Assembly (NCBI GenBank): GCA_050260455.1 | Contig: JBLNCF010000012.1 | Span: 1 to 56,235 of the forward strand | DNA: 56,235 nucleotides | DNA from: Bacillota bacterium | Lineage (GTDB): Bacteria; Patescibacteriota; Minisyncoccia; Phycocordibacterales; Phycocordibacteraceae | Direction: 5' to 3' | Part shown: positions 18,975-27,282 of the stretch, in pieces | How positions within the stretch are numbered: position 1 is the first letter of the stretch | How the letters are laid out: every line of letters starts with the position of its first letter | The notes under the pieces: model-generated | The model's input: only the letters and a program-made list of their open reading frames with translations | Told to the model about the DNA's origin: nothing | Database searches by the model: none | Made by a program: the position numbers and the translations under genes

Positions 18975-19415
18975 TCAATCACGTTGAATCGCTTGGCGCA
19001 CTCGTTCGAATACGGTCGTGAACCATGCACGATCGGCTGCAAACCATGGTTCGTGGGGGCCTACACCGAGTTCCGTAGCGACGCGTGAGAGAGGCATCCA
19101 GGTAGTGTCCAGTATCTCGCTACCGTCGCCGCCAGATAATGTTGTGCTGTTTCCAGCAGCAAAGAGATACATATGTATGTCCTTGCCTGCCGTGCCTTCA
19201 GCACCCGGTCGGAGGAATGATCCGAGATCATCGAGATACTCCAGGTCATATAGCCCCGTCTCTTCAGCAATCTCTCGACGTGCTGCTTCCTCATCTTCCT
19301 CGCCCTGCTCGATACGTCCTTTTGGAAAGAGCCAGGTCTGGCTCCGGGCACTTTTCACAAGCGCGATCGTGCCACTCTCGCCAATTACAATCCCGCCAGC
19401 ACATCGCTCCGTCAT
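18975..19415 (-). CDS. NUDIX hydrolase
   Basis: FPKGRIEQGEEDEEAARREIAEETG Nudix box. Confidence 0.93.
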   Translation of the reverse strand: MTERCAGGIVIGESGTIALVKSARSQTWLFPKGRIEQGEEDEEAARREIAEETGLYDLEYLDDLGSFLRPGAEGTAGKDIHMYLFAAGNSTTLSGGDGSEILDTTWMPLSRVATELGVGPHEPWFAADRAWFTTVFERVRQAIQRD

Positions 19416-19777
19416 GCTTGAGAAGGAGAACGGAACGCGAGTGCAAGTGCCACAAGCGCAAGTGCTACGTCACGGAAGAGTACCGACAATTGCGCCGTGT
19501 TCGCGGCAACGATGGCCAACAATATCACTGCCATGATAAGGGCGGGGATACGCGCGCGCCTGCTGAAGAGCAGCCACAGTGCGAGTGCAATCTCGAGAAT
19601 ACCGAACGTATGCAAGAGGATGAGTTGGTGTGGTGCGACGAGATCAGAGAGTGCGGTGGGGAAGTATCCGACCCAGGAATACGGATCAAAAAGGGCGTCG
19701 ATGGGCGGGAACAGGAACGAAAGGGTGAGTGCAGCACGAAGCAACAGCTCGGAAAGAGAAAGGCGGGGTAGCTGCAT
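19412..19777 (-). CDS. DoxX-like membrane protein
   Basis: LLRAALTLSFL, FGILEIALALWLL, VLFRDVAL pattern; 4 TM. Confidence 0.8.
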   Translation of the reverse strand: MQLPRLSLSELLLRAALTLSFLFPPIDALFDPYSWVGYFPTALSDLVAPHQLILLHTFGILEIALALWLLFSRRARIPALIMAVILLAIVAANTAQLSVLFRDVALALVALALAFRSPSQA

Positions 19778-19778
19778 G

Positions 19779-20273
19779 TTACTTCACGACGATCGTACCC
19801 GTATCGTTTGCGAGCACGTGATTGTGGTAGTTGAACGTGCCAGCTTTCGTGAACGTGAAGTCATAGCTCCCACTCTTGCCGGTGGAAGTGCATTCGTCGA
19901 AGGAACTGCCATTGCTGCAGTGTTGCTGGAGCGTCGTGCCGTCATATGCCGCGTGGGTAGGGTGGACAGCAGATGCGACCCACATGCCATGCGAAGAATT
20001 GTTTACGAAGTGGACCGTGGTACCTACGGTGATATTGAGCGTCTTGGGCGAAAAGCCGGTGTCGGTGTAGGTCACGGTGACGGGGGTGACCACTTGCGAA
20101 GTTGCGCCGGTCGAATCGACGGGTGGATTGGGATTCGTAGTCTCAAGCGGTGCGGACGTGTCGCTTCCTTCAAGAGCAGGGTTGGTTACGGGAGCCTGGG
20201 TTTTATGAACAAACAGGAGATAGCTACCCCCGATCACGAGGATGGCGATGATAATGGCGAGAGCGATTTTCAT
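19779..20273 (-). CDS. Membrane-anchored cupredoxin-fold protein
   Basis: FSPKTLNITVGTTVHFVN, YDFTFTKAGTFNYHNH; start at ATG 20273 (MKIALAIII). Confidence 0.85.
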   Translation of the reverse strand: MKIALAIIIAILVIGGSYLLFVHKTQAPVTNPALEGSDTSAPLETTNPNPPVDSTGATSQVVTPVTVTYTDTGFSPKTLNITVGTTVHFVNNSSHGMWVASAVHPTHAAYDGTTLQQHCSNGSSFDECTSTGKSGSYDFTFTKAGTFNYHNHVLANDTGTIVVK

Positions 20274-20381
20274 ACGTGCAGCTAAGCGGCTAATAAGGAA
20301 AGTATCCTCTGCAAGCGCTGGAGCGGTCAAGCTATGCACTTCCCGTCCCGGGCGGTACCGTGCCGATGCTATCGTACTCGT

Positions 20382-20558
20382 ATGGACATGAAGATTTACA
20401 TCTGGGGAGGCATGTTCGCCGGCTCGGGCATCGGCAGTCTCGTTCCGATTCTGTGGGGCGACAGCGCACTCTCCTTTAGTTCCGTCATCCTCACCTTTGT
20501 GGGAGGACTCATTGGTATTTGGGCGGGCTACCAGATCGGCAAAGATCTGGGCGCATAA
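20382..20558 (+). CDS. Small Gly-rich membrane protein
   Basis: GGMFAGSGIGSLVP..W and GGLIGIWAGY helices; TGcTATCGT 6 nt upstream. Confidence 0.75.
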   Translation: MDMKIYIWGGMFAGSGIGSLVPILWGDSALSFSSVILTFVGGLIGIWAGYQIGKDLGA

Positions 20559-20565
20559 CAAAAGG

Positions 20566-20653
20566 CGGAGACGCAGGGATTCGAACCCTGGAGAGGCTAT
20601 TAACCCCTACCTCGTTAGCAGTGAGGCGCTTTCGACCACTCAGCCACGTCTCC
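20566..20653 (-). tRNA. tRNA-Ser, anticodon GCU
   Basis: GGAGACG/CGTCTCC acceptor stem, CTGCTAA loop, long variable arm, G73. Confidence 0.96.
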
Positions 20654-20683
20654 TATATATGGTGTGTAGCTAACATAGCATTC

Positions 20684-21304
20684 CTAATGCGCGAGCGCGA
20701 GTGAATGGATCCGATGTGCTCCCGCCTTGCGGAGAGCATCTTTTGCCGCCAGAAGTGTGGCTCCGGTGGTAACCACATCATCAAGGAGAATGTAGCTGAT
20801 GTCAGGGGAAATGGCCCCGTGTACGGAGAATGCGTCGCGTACATTTGTGAGTCGCTCACGGCGTGAGAGAGACGTTTGGGGTCGGGTATCACGTATGCGT
20901 ACGAGTGCCGGCTGAAGCGGAACGCTCGCTGTCTGGGCCACTGCTTCTACTTGGTTATATCCGCGTTCCCGTTTGCGTGCGGCCCCGAGGGGGACGGGTA
21001 CGACTACGTACCGCTCTTGTCCCAGTTCCGCTGATTCCTCCTCAATGGAGGCGAGATAATCCTGGAGTACCTGTGCGAGAAATTTGCGAGCGCGTGCATT
21101 GTTGTTGAACTTCGCTTCAACTACTGCCGCGCGCACCAGTCGGTGACGGTATGGCAGCAATGCCACGACTCCGGAGCGCGTTACGATAGGGGAGAGGAGG
21201 CGTCCAAATTCGATTTCTGACGCTTCGGCAACGATACGGCCGGTGTCTGTTGGTGGGAGTATGAGATCGAGAAGAGCTCGAAATGCGTGTGCGAGCGTAC
21301 GCAT
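20684..21304 (-). CDS. comF: ComF family phosphoribosyltransferase-like competence protein
   Basis: VPVPL...R.RERGYNQ, Q..LSRRERLTNV..AF, ILLDDVVTTGATL; no N-terminal Cys zinc ribbon. Confidence 0.92.
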   Translation of the reverse strand: MRTLAHAFRALLDLILPPTDTGRIVAEASEIEFGRLLSPIVTRSGVVALLPYRHRLVRAAVVEAKFNNNARARKFLAQVLQDYLASIEEESAELGQERYVVVPVPLGAARKRERGYNQVEAVAQTASVPLQPALVRIRDTRPQTSLSRRERLTNVRDAFSVHGAISPDISYILLDDVVTTGATLLAAKDALRKAGAHRIHSLALAH

Positions 21305-21311
21305 GCGCATA

Positions 21312-21346
21312 ATCATAGCCTGTGCACAGAAGCGAGATGGTACAAT
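21312..21346. promoter_or_regulatory. Back-to-back -10 boxes for comF and pilM with a central palindrome
   Basis: atcata (TATGAT on minus, 21312-17), CTGTGCACAG palindrome (21320-29), TGgTACAAT (21338-46). Confidence 0.7.
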
Positions 21347-21352
21347 CGTCCC

Positions 21353-22438
21353 ATGAGTTTTCTCGCTAAACTCTTCGGCAAGAAAAAGAGCCGGAGCGTC
21401 ATTGGCGTCGACATCGGCTCCTCTTCGCTCAAGGTCGTACAGTTACGTCGCGAAGGCGGCGTTGCGGTGCTTGAAACGTATGGTGAGCTCGCGCTCGGCC
21501 CGTATGCAGGTCTTGAAGTGGGTCAAGCAACCAATCTTCCTGCTGCAAAGATTGCCGAAACGCTCGCTGATCTCCTGCGGGAAGCAAACGTCACTACCAC
21601 CGACTCCGGTGTTTCCATTCCATTCTCGCGTACACTCCTCACCCTCATTGAACTTCCCCGGCGTGATGATCCAGAAGAGCAGAAGACCATCATCGATCTT
21701 GAGGCGCGCAAATATATTCCTGTTCCGGTATCGGAAGTCCAGCTCGACTGGTTCATTCTCCCTGAAGCACTGCCTGAAGGTGCAGCGCCATCAGAAAAAG
21801 TGCAGGTCCTCTTGGTCGCAGTTCATAACGACGAACTTCGTTTGCTTGAGAATGTGGTGAAAGGCGCGAATCTGACCGCAAGCTTCTATGAGATAGAGAT
21901 CTTCAGCACCATTCGCGCGGTAGTTGATGAGCCGGTGAAGCCAGTCCTCGTGCTTGATATCGGCGCGTCAGCCACAAAGGTATACGTCGTTGAACGGGGA
22001 GTCGTTGCACTCTCGCACAACATCCCTGAAGGCGGTCAGGACGTAACTCGCACCATCTCAAGCGCTCATGGACTCCCCCTCGCCAAAGCGGAGGAGCTTA
22101 AAAAAGAACGCGGTTTCGTGCCGCAGGAGGGTGGATACTCGAAAGCCACCATCGAGCTCGTCTTCTCACGCATTTTTGAAGAAGCGAAGCAAGCATTGAG
22201 TCAGTACGAACTGCAGCACGGCAAGAGTGTGGCGGAAATTGTCCTTACGGGTGGTGGTGGTGTGACCAAAGAACTCGCCCAGTACGCACAGTCCTTCTTC
22301 TCGATCAATGTGAAGATTGCTGACCCGTTCAGTAAGACGCAGGCGCCTGCGTTCATGACCCCGGTCTTGAAGGAGATTGGTCCCGAGTTTGCAGTTGCGG
22401 TCGGGCTTGCGCTGCGGAAGCTCGAAGAGCTCTCTTAA
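21353..22438 (+). CDS. pilM: Type IV pilus assembly ATPase-fold protein PilM
   Basis: IGVDIGSSSLKVV, VLDIGASAT, LTGGG, AVAVGLALR. Confidence 0.95.
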   Translation: MSFLAKLFGKKKSRSVIGVDIGSSSLKVVQLRREGGVAVLETYGELALGPYAGLEVGQATNLPAAKIAETLADLLREANVTTTDSGVSIPFSRTLLTLIELPRRDDPEEQKTIIDLEARKYIPVPVSEVQLDWFILPEALPEGAAPSEKVQVLLVAVHNDELRLLENVVKGANLTASFYEIEIFSTIRAVVDEPVKPVLVLDIGASATKVYVVERGVVALSHNIPEGGQDVTRTISSAHGLPLAKAEELKKERGFVPQEGGYSKATIELVFSRIFEEAKQALSQYELQHGKSVAEIVLTGGGGVTKELAQYAQSFFSINVKIADPFSKTQAPAFMTPVLKEIGPEFAVAVGLALRKLEELS

Positions 22439-22443
22439 GTGGA

Positions 22444-22452
22444 TGTGCATAA
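22444..22452 (-). promoter_or_regulatory. DnaA-box consensus TTATGCACA upstream of pilN
   Basis: tgtgcataa on the plus strand; matches TTWTNCACA. Confidence 0.55.
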
Positions 22453-22491
22453 ACCGCAGAGCAGTAGCCAAATGCTCGGTATACTAGAGTC

Positions 22492-23151
22492 GTGGCACTC
22501 CCTCCTACCATTCCGACATCGTTCGTGCCGAAACAGCCTGTCACCACGGCTCCGCATAAGCGGGTAAGTGGTGCGAACCCGTTTCTCGCGCTCGCGTACT
22601 TCATTCTGGGCGTAACTATCCTCGGTTGCTTTGCAGTGTTTGGATACCAGTTCTACCTTGAGAATGTAGCTAAGAAGAAGGCCGATGCGGTGAATGTGGC
22701 CCAGCAGCAAATCGACCAGGCCACCGTGACTGACTTTATTCGGTTGCGAGATCGGTTCTCAGCAGCTAAGGACATTCTCAATGAACACATCGTGCTCTCA
22801 CAATTCTTTGATGACCTTGAGAAGCTCACGCTCGCGACGGTGCGGTTCAAGTCTCTTACCGTTCAGGTTACGGATGATCGCAAGGCACTCATAGATATGG
22901 AGGGTACGGCCCGTACCTTTAATGCGCTTGCTGCGCAGTCCGCGGCATTCGCGAGCGACAAGCGTATTAAGCGTGCCATCTTCAGCAACATTACGGTTAA
23001 AGACGGAGGCAGCGTGGAATTCAAACTCTCTGCCGAACTCGATCCCTCGCTCGTGTTGCTCTCGGCGGCGTCGGTACAACCGGCACCTGCTGCACCGGTA
23101 CCTACCGCTCCAGCGGCCACCACGAGCCCGACTGCAACCACAACACCATGA
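22492..23151 (+). CDS. pilN: PilN-like alignment protein
   Basis: Single TM, coiled coil, ferredoxin-like C-domain (..EGTARTFNALA.Q; F.L.AEL); GTG start 6 nt after TATACT. Confidence 0.75.
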   Translation: MALPPTIPTSFVPKQPVTTAPHKRVSGANPFLALAYFILGVTILGCFAVFGYQFYLENVAKKKADAVNVAQQQIDQATVTDFIRLRDRFSAAKDILNEHIVLSQFFDDLEKLTLATVRFKSLTVQVTDDRKALIDMEGTARTFNALAAQSAAFASDKRIKRAIFSNITVKDGGSVEFKLSAELDPSLVLLSAASVQPAPAAPVPTAPAATTSPTATTTP

Positions 23152-23714
23152 TCGGACGCATACTTCCCATCGTGCTCATCCTGGTCTCCCTCGGCTTGTT
23201 CGCGGGGTACATCAGCCCTACCTATAACGGTAAGATTGTGCCGCTCCAACAGCAGATCACCCAGTTTAATCGCACGCTGGTTGCGGCAGCTGATTTCAAT
23301 CAGAAGGAAGCGCAACTTGCGAGCGATCGCAGCGCCATTCCGAGTGATGCGCTTAAGCGTCTAGAGTCCTATCTTCCGGATGGAGTTGATAATGTGCAAC
23401 TCATTCTTGATTTGAATGCGCTTGCAGCGCGGTCAGGTGTGCAGCTTTCCAACTTCGACATCGACACGAAGAGCTCTACTGAAGGTACGGATCAGTCCTC
23501 GAACGGTCAGTTACCGCTTGAATCGGGTGCCAAGCCCACCGACTCGCTCGATCTCACGGTGAAAGCGACCGGCACGTACGGTGCATTCCGCACCTTCCTC
23601 GGTGGGGTAGAGAAGAGTCTGCGCCCTCTCGACCTTGTTCAGATGTCACTTAATGATTCAGAGTCAGGCGTGTACACCTATGAGCTTACCTTCCGTATCT
23701 ACTGGCTCCATTGA
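23148..23714 (+). CDS. pilO: PilO-like alignment protein
   Basis: TM plus coiled coil, YLP...D, LTVKATGTYGAFRTFL..VEKSLRPLD. Confidence 0.85.
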   Translation: MIGRILPIVLILVSLGLFAGYISPTYNGKIVPLQQQITQFNRTLVAAADFNQKEAQLASDRSAIPSDALKRLESYLPDGVDNVQLILDLNALAARSGVQLSNFDIDTKSSTEGTDQSSNGQLPLESGAKPTDSLDLTVKATGTYGAFRTFLGGVEKSLRPLDLVQMSLNDSESGVYTYELTFRIYWLH

Positions 23715-23717
23715 TTT

Positions 23718-24002
23718 ATGAACCGAAACACCATCATCGCTATCGTTATCGGCTTGGTACTTGTGGGAGCTGCCGCGTACCTGCTCTTCCTGAAACCGTC
23801 TTCGACGGTTGCGCTCGACACGAGCGAAGCAGTAAGTCCAGACGAGATCACTTTTGTAAACCTGACTGCGCAACTCGATCCTCTCGGATTTGATGCGAGT
23901 GTTCTTGCTGACCCGCGCTTCATGGCACTGGTCGACATTCACACAGCAATACTGCCAGAAGCGACAGGACGTCGCGATCCGTTCTCTCCGCTCGGCCGGT
24001 AA
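23718..24002 (+). CDS. Small PilP-position protein
   Basis: TM anchor and GRRDPFSPL motif, reminiscent of the PilP N-terminal RDPF; lacks the PilP beta domain. Confidence 0.65.
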   Translation: MNRNTIIAIVIGLVLVGAAAYLLFLKPSSTVALDTSEAVSPDEITFVNLTAQLDPLGFDASVLADPRFMALVDIHTAILPEATGRRDPFSPLGR

Positions 24003-24012
24003 TTAGAGGAGT

Positions 24013-24021
24013 TTATCCCGC
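24013..24021 (+). promoter_or_regulatory. Degenerate DnaA-box-like site TTATCCCGC
   Basis: Starts 39 nt upstream of the pilB -10 box, the same offset as the pilin sites. Confidence 0.4.
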
Positions 24022-24044
24022 ATGCATGCATATATGCATGCATG
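24021..24044. repeat. Perfect 24-bp palindrome CATGCATGCATATATGCATGCATG
   Basis: Self-reverse-complementary; strictly alternating pyrimidine/purine over 24019-24044; ends 7 nt before TATCAT. Confidence 0.95.
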
Positions 24045-24063
24045 GAGGGAGTATCATACGAAT

Positions 24064-25836
24064 ATGAACTTGCTTTCGCTCTTGGTAGAGAAAGGAATCA
24101 TACAGTCCGGTGATGTCGCTGCCATAACAGCGGAAGCGCAGGCGCAAGAACTTCCGGTAGAGAGCGTGCTCGAGAAACGAGGAATCGCGACTACTGATGT
24201 CATGAATGCGCTTTCTGCGCATTACGGTATTCCTGTCCGCGCCATCCCGCAGAATAAAGAAATTGAGCAGGCAGCGCTCGAGTTTATCCCGCAGGAATCT
24301 GCAGAGCACTACAAATTCGTGCCGCTCGGTATTGTGGACGGCGCCCTTGAGGTGGGTATCACCGATCCAGATAACATTGAGGCGCGCGATGCGCTGCAAT
24401 TCATTTCCACGCGTGCGGGCATGCCCTACAAGCTCTTCCTCATTTCACAGGCAGACTTTAAACGTGTCATTGAGGAATACCAGAATCTTTCAGGGGTAGT
24501 GGGGGAGGCACTTTCGGAGTTTGAGGGTTCGGTAGTGGAATCCGAGGAGTCTAAGAAACTCGAAGCAAGCGAGGAAGCTGCAGCCAAGGGTGATTCGGTC
24601 GAGAACGACATTAAAGCGGACTCACCAGTTACTAAGATCGTAGCAACGGCACTTCGGTACGCCGTCGAAGGCGGTGCGTCTGACATCCATATTGAACCAT
24701 CTCCAGACAAGACGCGGGTGCGGTTCCGCATGGACGGTGAACTCCACACATCTCTCGAACTTCCGAGCAAGGTGCATGCCGCGGTCGTTGCGCGCATCAA
24801 AATCATGTCGCAGTTGCGTCTCGATGAGAAACGCAAACCGCAGGACGGCCGTTTCTCAACGGTGGTCGATAAGCGACGCATCGATTTCCGCGTTTCAACA
24901 TTCCCCACCCAGTTTGGAGAAAAAGTCGTGATGCGTATTCTCGATCGCACCAAGGCGGTCGCGAACTTGGAAACCATAGGTCTTTCTACGGAACAGCTCG
25001 CACTCATGCGGGAGATCGTGAAGGCTCCCTATGGCATCATTCTCATCTGCGGTCCGACGGGTTCCGGTAAATCGACCACCCTCTTTGCAATGCTATCGGA
25101 GCTCGACCGTGAGACCCAGAACGTGGTGTCCATCGAGGATCCGGTTGAGTACGAGATCCCTGGTGTCGCCCAGTCACAGGTTCATCCCGAGATTGGCTAC
25201 GATTTCGCCAACGGCCTACGTTCTATTCTCCGCCAGGACCCGGACGTTATTATGGTGGGCGAGATCCGCGATAAGGAAACAGCACAGCTTGCTATCCAGG
25301 CGGCACTTACCGGTCACCTGGTGTTCTCCACCATTCACACGAACAATACTGCTGGTGTCATTCCGCGCCTGATCGATATGGGTGTGGATCCGTATCTCAT
25401 TGCTCCAACCTTGGTTGCTGCTATCGGGCAACGTCTCGTGCGGAAGCTTTGTGACGGGGCAGGGCAGGAGATGCCCGTCTCCGACAGTATTAAAGGTCTC
25501 CTCAAGGAAGAGTTCGCCGATTTGCCGGAAGATGTGCGTAAGAAGATCCCTGAATTCACGCATTTCTATCGCGCGCATGCGACTCCGGATTGTCCGAATG
25601 GTACACGAGGCCGCACTGGCGTCTTCGAATTCCTGCGTATGGATAAAGACCTCGAACACGTTGTCCTTACCAATCCGGTCGAAGAGTCAGTGTACAAAGC
25701 ATCCCGCGACAAGGGCATGCTCACCATGCGTGAGGATGCTATCATTAAGGCACTAGCCGGTGAGATTCCGTTCGAGGAGGTGAATACGCTCGGCGGAACG
25801 CTCTTCCCGGAAGACGAAGAACCAACCACTACATAA
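24064..25836 (+). CDS. pilB: Type IV pilus extension ATPase PilB
   Basis: ASDIHIEP, LDEKRKPQDGRF, GPTGSGKST, LRQDPDVIMVGEIRD, STIHTN; start at ATG 24064 (TATCAT 6 nt upstream). Confidence 0.97.
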   Translation: MNLLSLLVEKGIIQSGDVAAITAEAQAQELPVESVLEKRGIATTDVMNALSAHYGIPVRAIPQNKEIEQAALEFIPQESAEHYKFVPLGIVDGALEVGITDPDNIEARDALQFISTRAGMPYKLFLISQADFKRVIEEYQNLSGVVGEALSEFEGSVVESEESKKLEASEEAAAKGDSVENDIKADSPVTKIVATALRYAVEGGASDIHIEPSPDKTRVRFRMDGELHTSLELPSKVHAAVVARIKIMSQLRLDEKRKPQDGRFSTVVDKRRIDFRVSTFPTQFGEKVVMRILDRTKAVANLETIGLSTEQLALMREIVKAPYGIILICGPTGSGKSTTLFAMLSELDRETQNVVSIEDPVEYEIPGVAQSQVHPEIGYDFANGLRSILRQDPDVIMVGEIRDKETAQLAIQAALTGHLVFSTIHTNNTAGVIPRLIDMGVDPYLIAPTLVAAIGQRLVRKLCDGAGQEMPVSDSIKGLLKEEFADLPEDVRKKIPEFTHFYRAHATPDCPNGTRGRTGVFEFLRMDKDLEHVVLTNPVEESVYKASRDKGMLTMREDAIIKALAGEIPFEEVNTLGGTLFPEDEEPTTT

Positions 25837-25840
25837 TTTT

Positions 25841-26224
25841 ATGGCTACCTACCGCTTATATCTCGTAGACGATGACCGTTTCTTGCTCGATATGTACGCG
25901 GTCAAATTCAAGGCGGCAGGACATGAAGTGACCGCGTTTCAGAATGGTGAGGAGGCGCTTACGGCGCTCCGTGAGAAGCCGGCTCCGGACGCCATGCTGC
26001 TCGATATCGTGATGCCAGGCATGGATGGTTTCGAGATTCTCCAAAAGATTCGTGACGAAAAACTCGCCCCGACCACTAAAGTCATTGTGCTCTCCAACCA
26101 GGGCCAGGAAGCAGATATCGAGAAAGCCAAGCAGCTCGGTGCGGCAGGGTACATCATCAAAGCGTCGGCGATTCCAAGCGAAGTGTTCTCCGAGACGCTT
26201 AAGATCATCGAGACGAAGGCATGA
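25841..26224 (+). CDS. Single-domain response regulator (CheY-like receiver)
   Basis: LVDDD, LLDIVMPGMDG phosphoacceptor Asp, VLSN, YIIKA. Confidence 0.95.
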   Translation: MATYRLYLVDDDRFLLDMYAVKFKAAGHEVTAFQNGEEALTALREKPAPDAMLLDIVMPGMDGFEILQKIRDEKLAPTTKVIVLSNQGQEADIEKAKQLGAAGYIIKASAIPSEVFSETLKIIETKA

Positions 26225-27276
26225 GCCAGAGCATTCGCCCGCTTTTCGACACGGTCATAAAAGAGGGAGGTTCCGATCTCCATCTTTCGGTAGGGAGTCA
26301 CCCCATCATTCGTGTAGCGGGTTCGCTTGTCCCGTTGGTACAGCAAGATGTGCTCACCGCTGCCGACACGGAGGCGATGCTCAAAGAGATTCTGCCAGAA
26401 GGACGATGGGAAGAGTTCCTTCGTGATACCGCTGTAGACTTCTCCTACGCGCATGACGACCAGAATCGTTTCCGCGTGAACGGGTACCGTGTGCAGGGAA
26501 ACGTTACGGTAGCGATGCGTCTCATCCCGCACCTGATTCGTACCTTTGCTGACCTCAATCTGCCGCCCGTGCTCGAGACATTCACCCAGCGGACCCAGGG
26601 ATTCTTCCTTGTAGTGGGACCCGTAGGACAGGGTAAATCGACAACGCTTGCGGCAATCATCGATCGTATTAACGAGACTCGTGCCGAACATATCGTTACC
26701 ATCGAGGATCCGGTGGAATACCTTTTCGAGCAGAAGAAATCCCTCATTCATCAGCGCGAAGTGCACATTGATGCTCCAGATTTCCATGCTGCACTCCAAG
26801 CGGCCTTCCGCGAAGACGTGAACGTCATCATGGTGGGTGAAATGCGCGATCAGGAAACCATTTCTTCTGCCGTGACTGCTGCTGAAACGGGCCATCTTGT
26901 GCTTTCCACACTTCACACCAATAACGCGGCGCAAACTATCGATCGTATTATCGATATGTTCCCGCCGAGTCAGCAGGGACAGGTGCGAGTGCAGCTTGCT
27001 GGTTCCTTGGCCGGCATCTTCTCGCAGCGCCTCGTGCCACGCATTTCAGGCGGTCTCATCCCTGCGTACGAACTCCTGATTAACAACAGCGCTATTGCGA
27101 ACCTTATTCGCGAAGGACGCACCCATGAGATCACCACCGTCGTACAAACGAGCTCGCAGGACGGTATGATTGATATGGACCGTTCACTTGCTGAACTCGT
27201 GCGTCGCGGCGAAGTCACGATCGAGCACGCGTACGAACGCGCGATCGATCCGAAGACCTTCGAACGCTATCTATAA
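26221..27276 (+). CDS. pilT: Type IV pilus retraction ATPase PilT
   Basis: SDLHL, GPVGQGKSTT, TIEDPVEY, HQREV, VGEMRD, TLHTN, AIANLIRE. Confidence 0.96.
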   Translation: MSQSIRPLFDTVIKEGGSDLHLSVGSHPIIRVAGSLVPLVQQDVLTAADTEAMLKEILPEGRWEEFLRDTAVDFSYAHDDQNRFRVNGYRVQGNVTVAMRLIPHLIRTFADLNLPPVLETFTQRTQGFFLVVGPVGQGKSTTLAAIIDRINETRAEHIVTIEDPVEYLFEQKKSLIHQREVHIDAPDFHAALQAAFREDVNVIMVGEMRDQETISSAVTAAETGHLVLSTLHTNNAAQTIDRIIDMFPPSQQGQVRVQLAGSLAGIFSQRLVPRISGGLIPAYELLINNSAIANLIREGRTHEITTVVQTSSQDGMIDMDRSLAELVRRGEVTIEHAYERAIDPKTFERYL

Positions 27277-27282
27277 ACTGCC

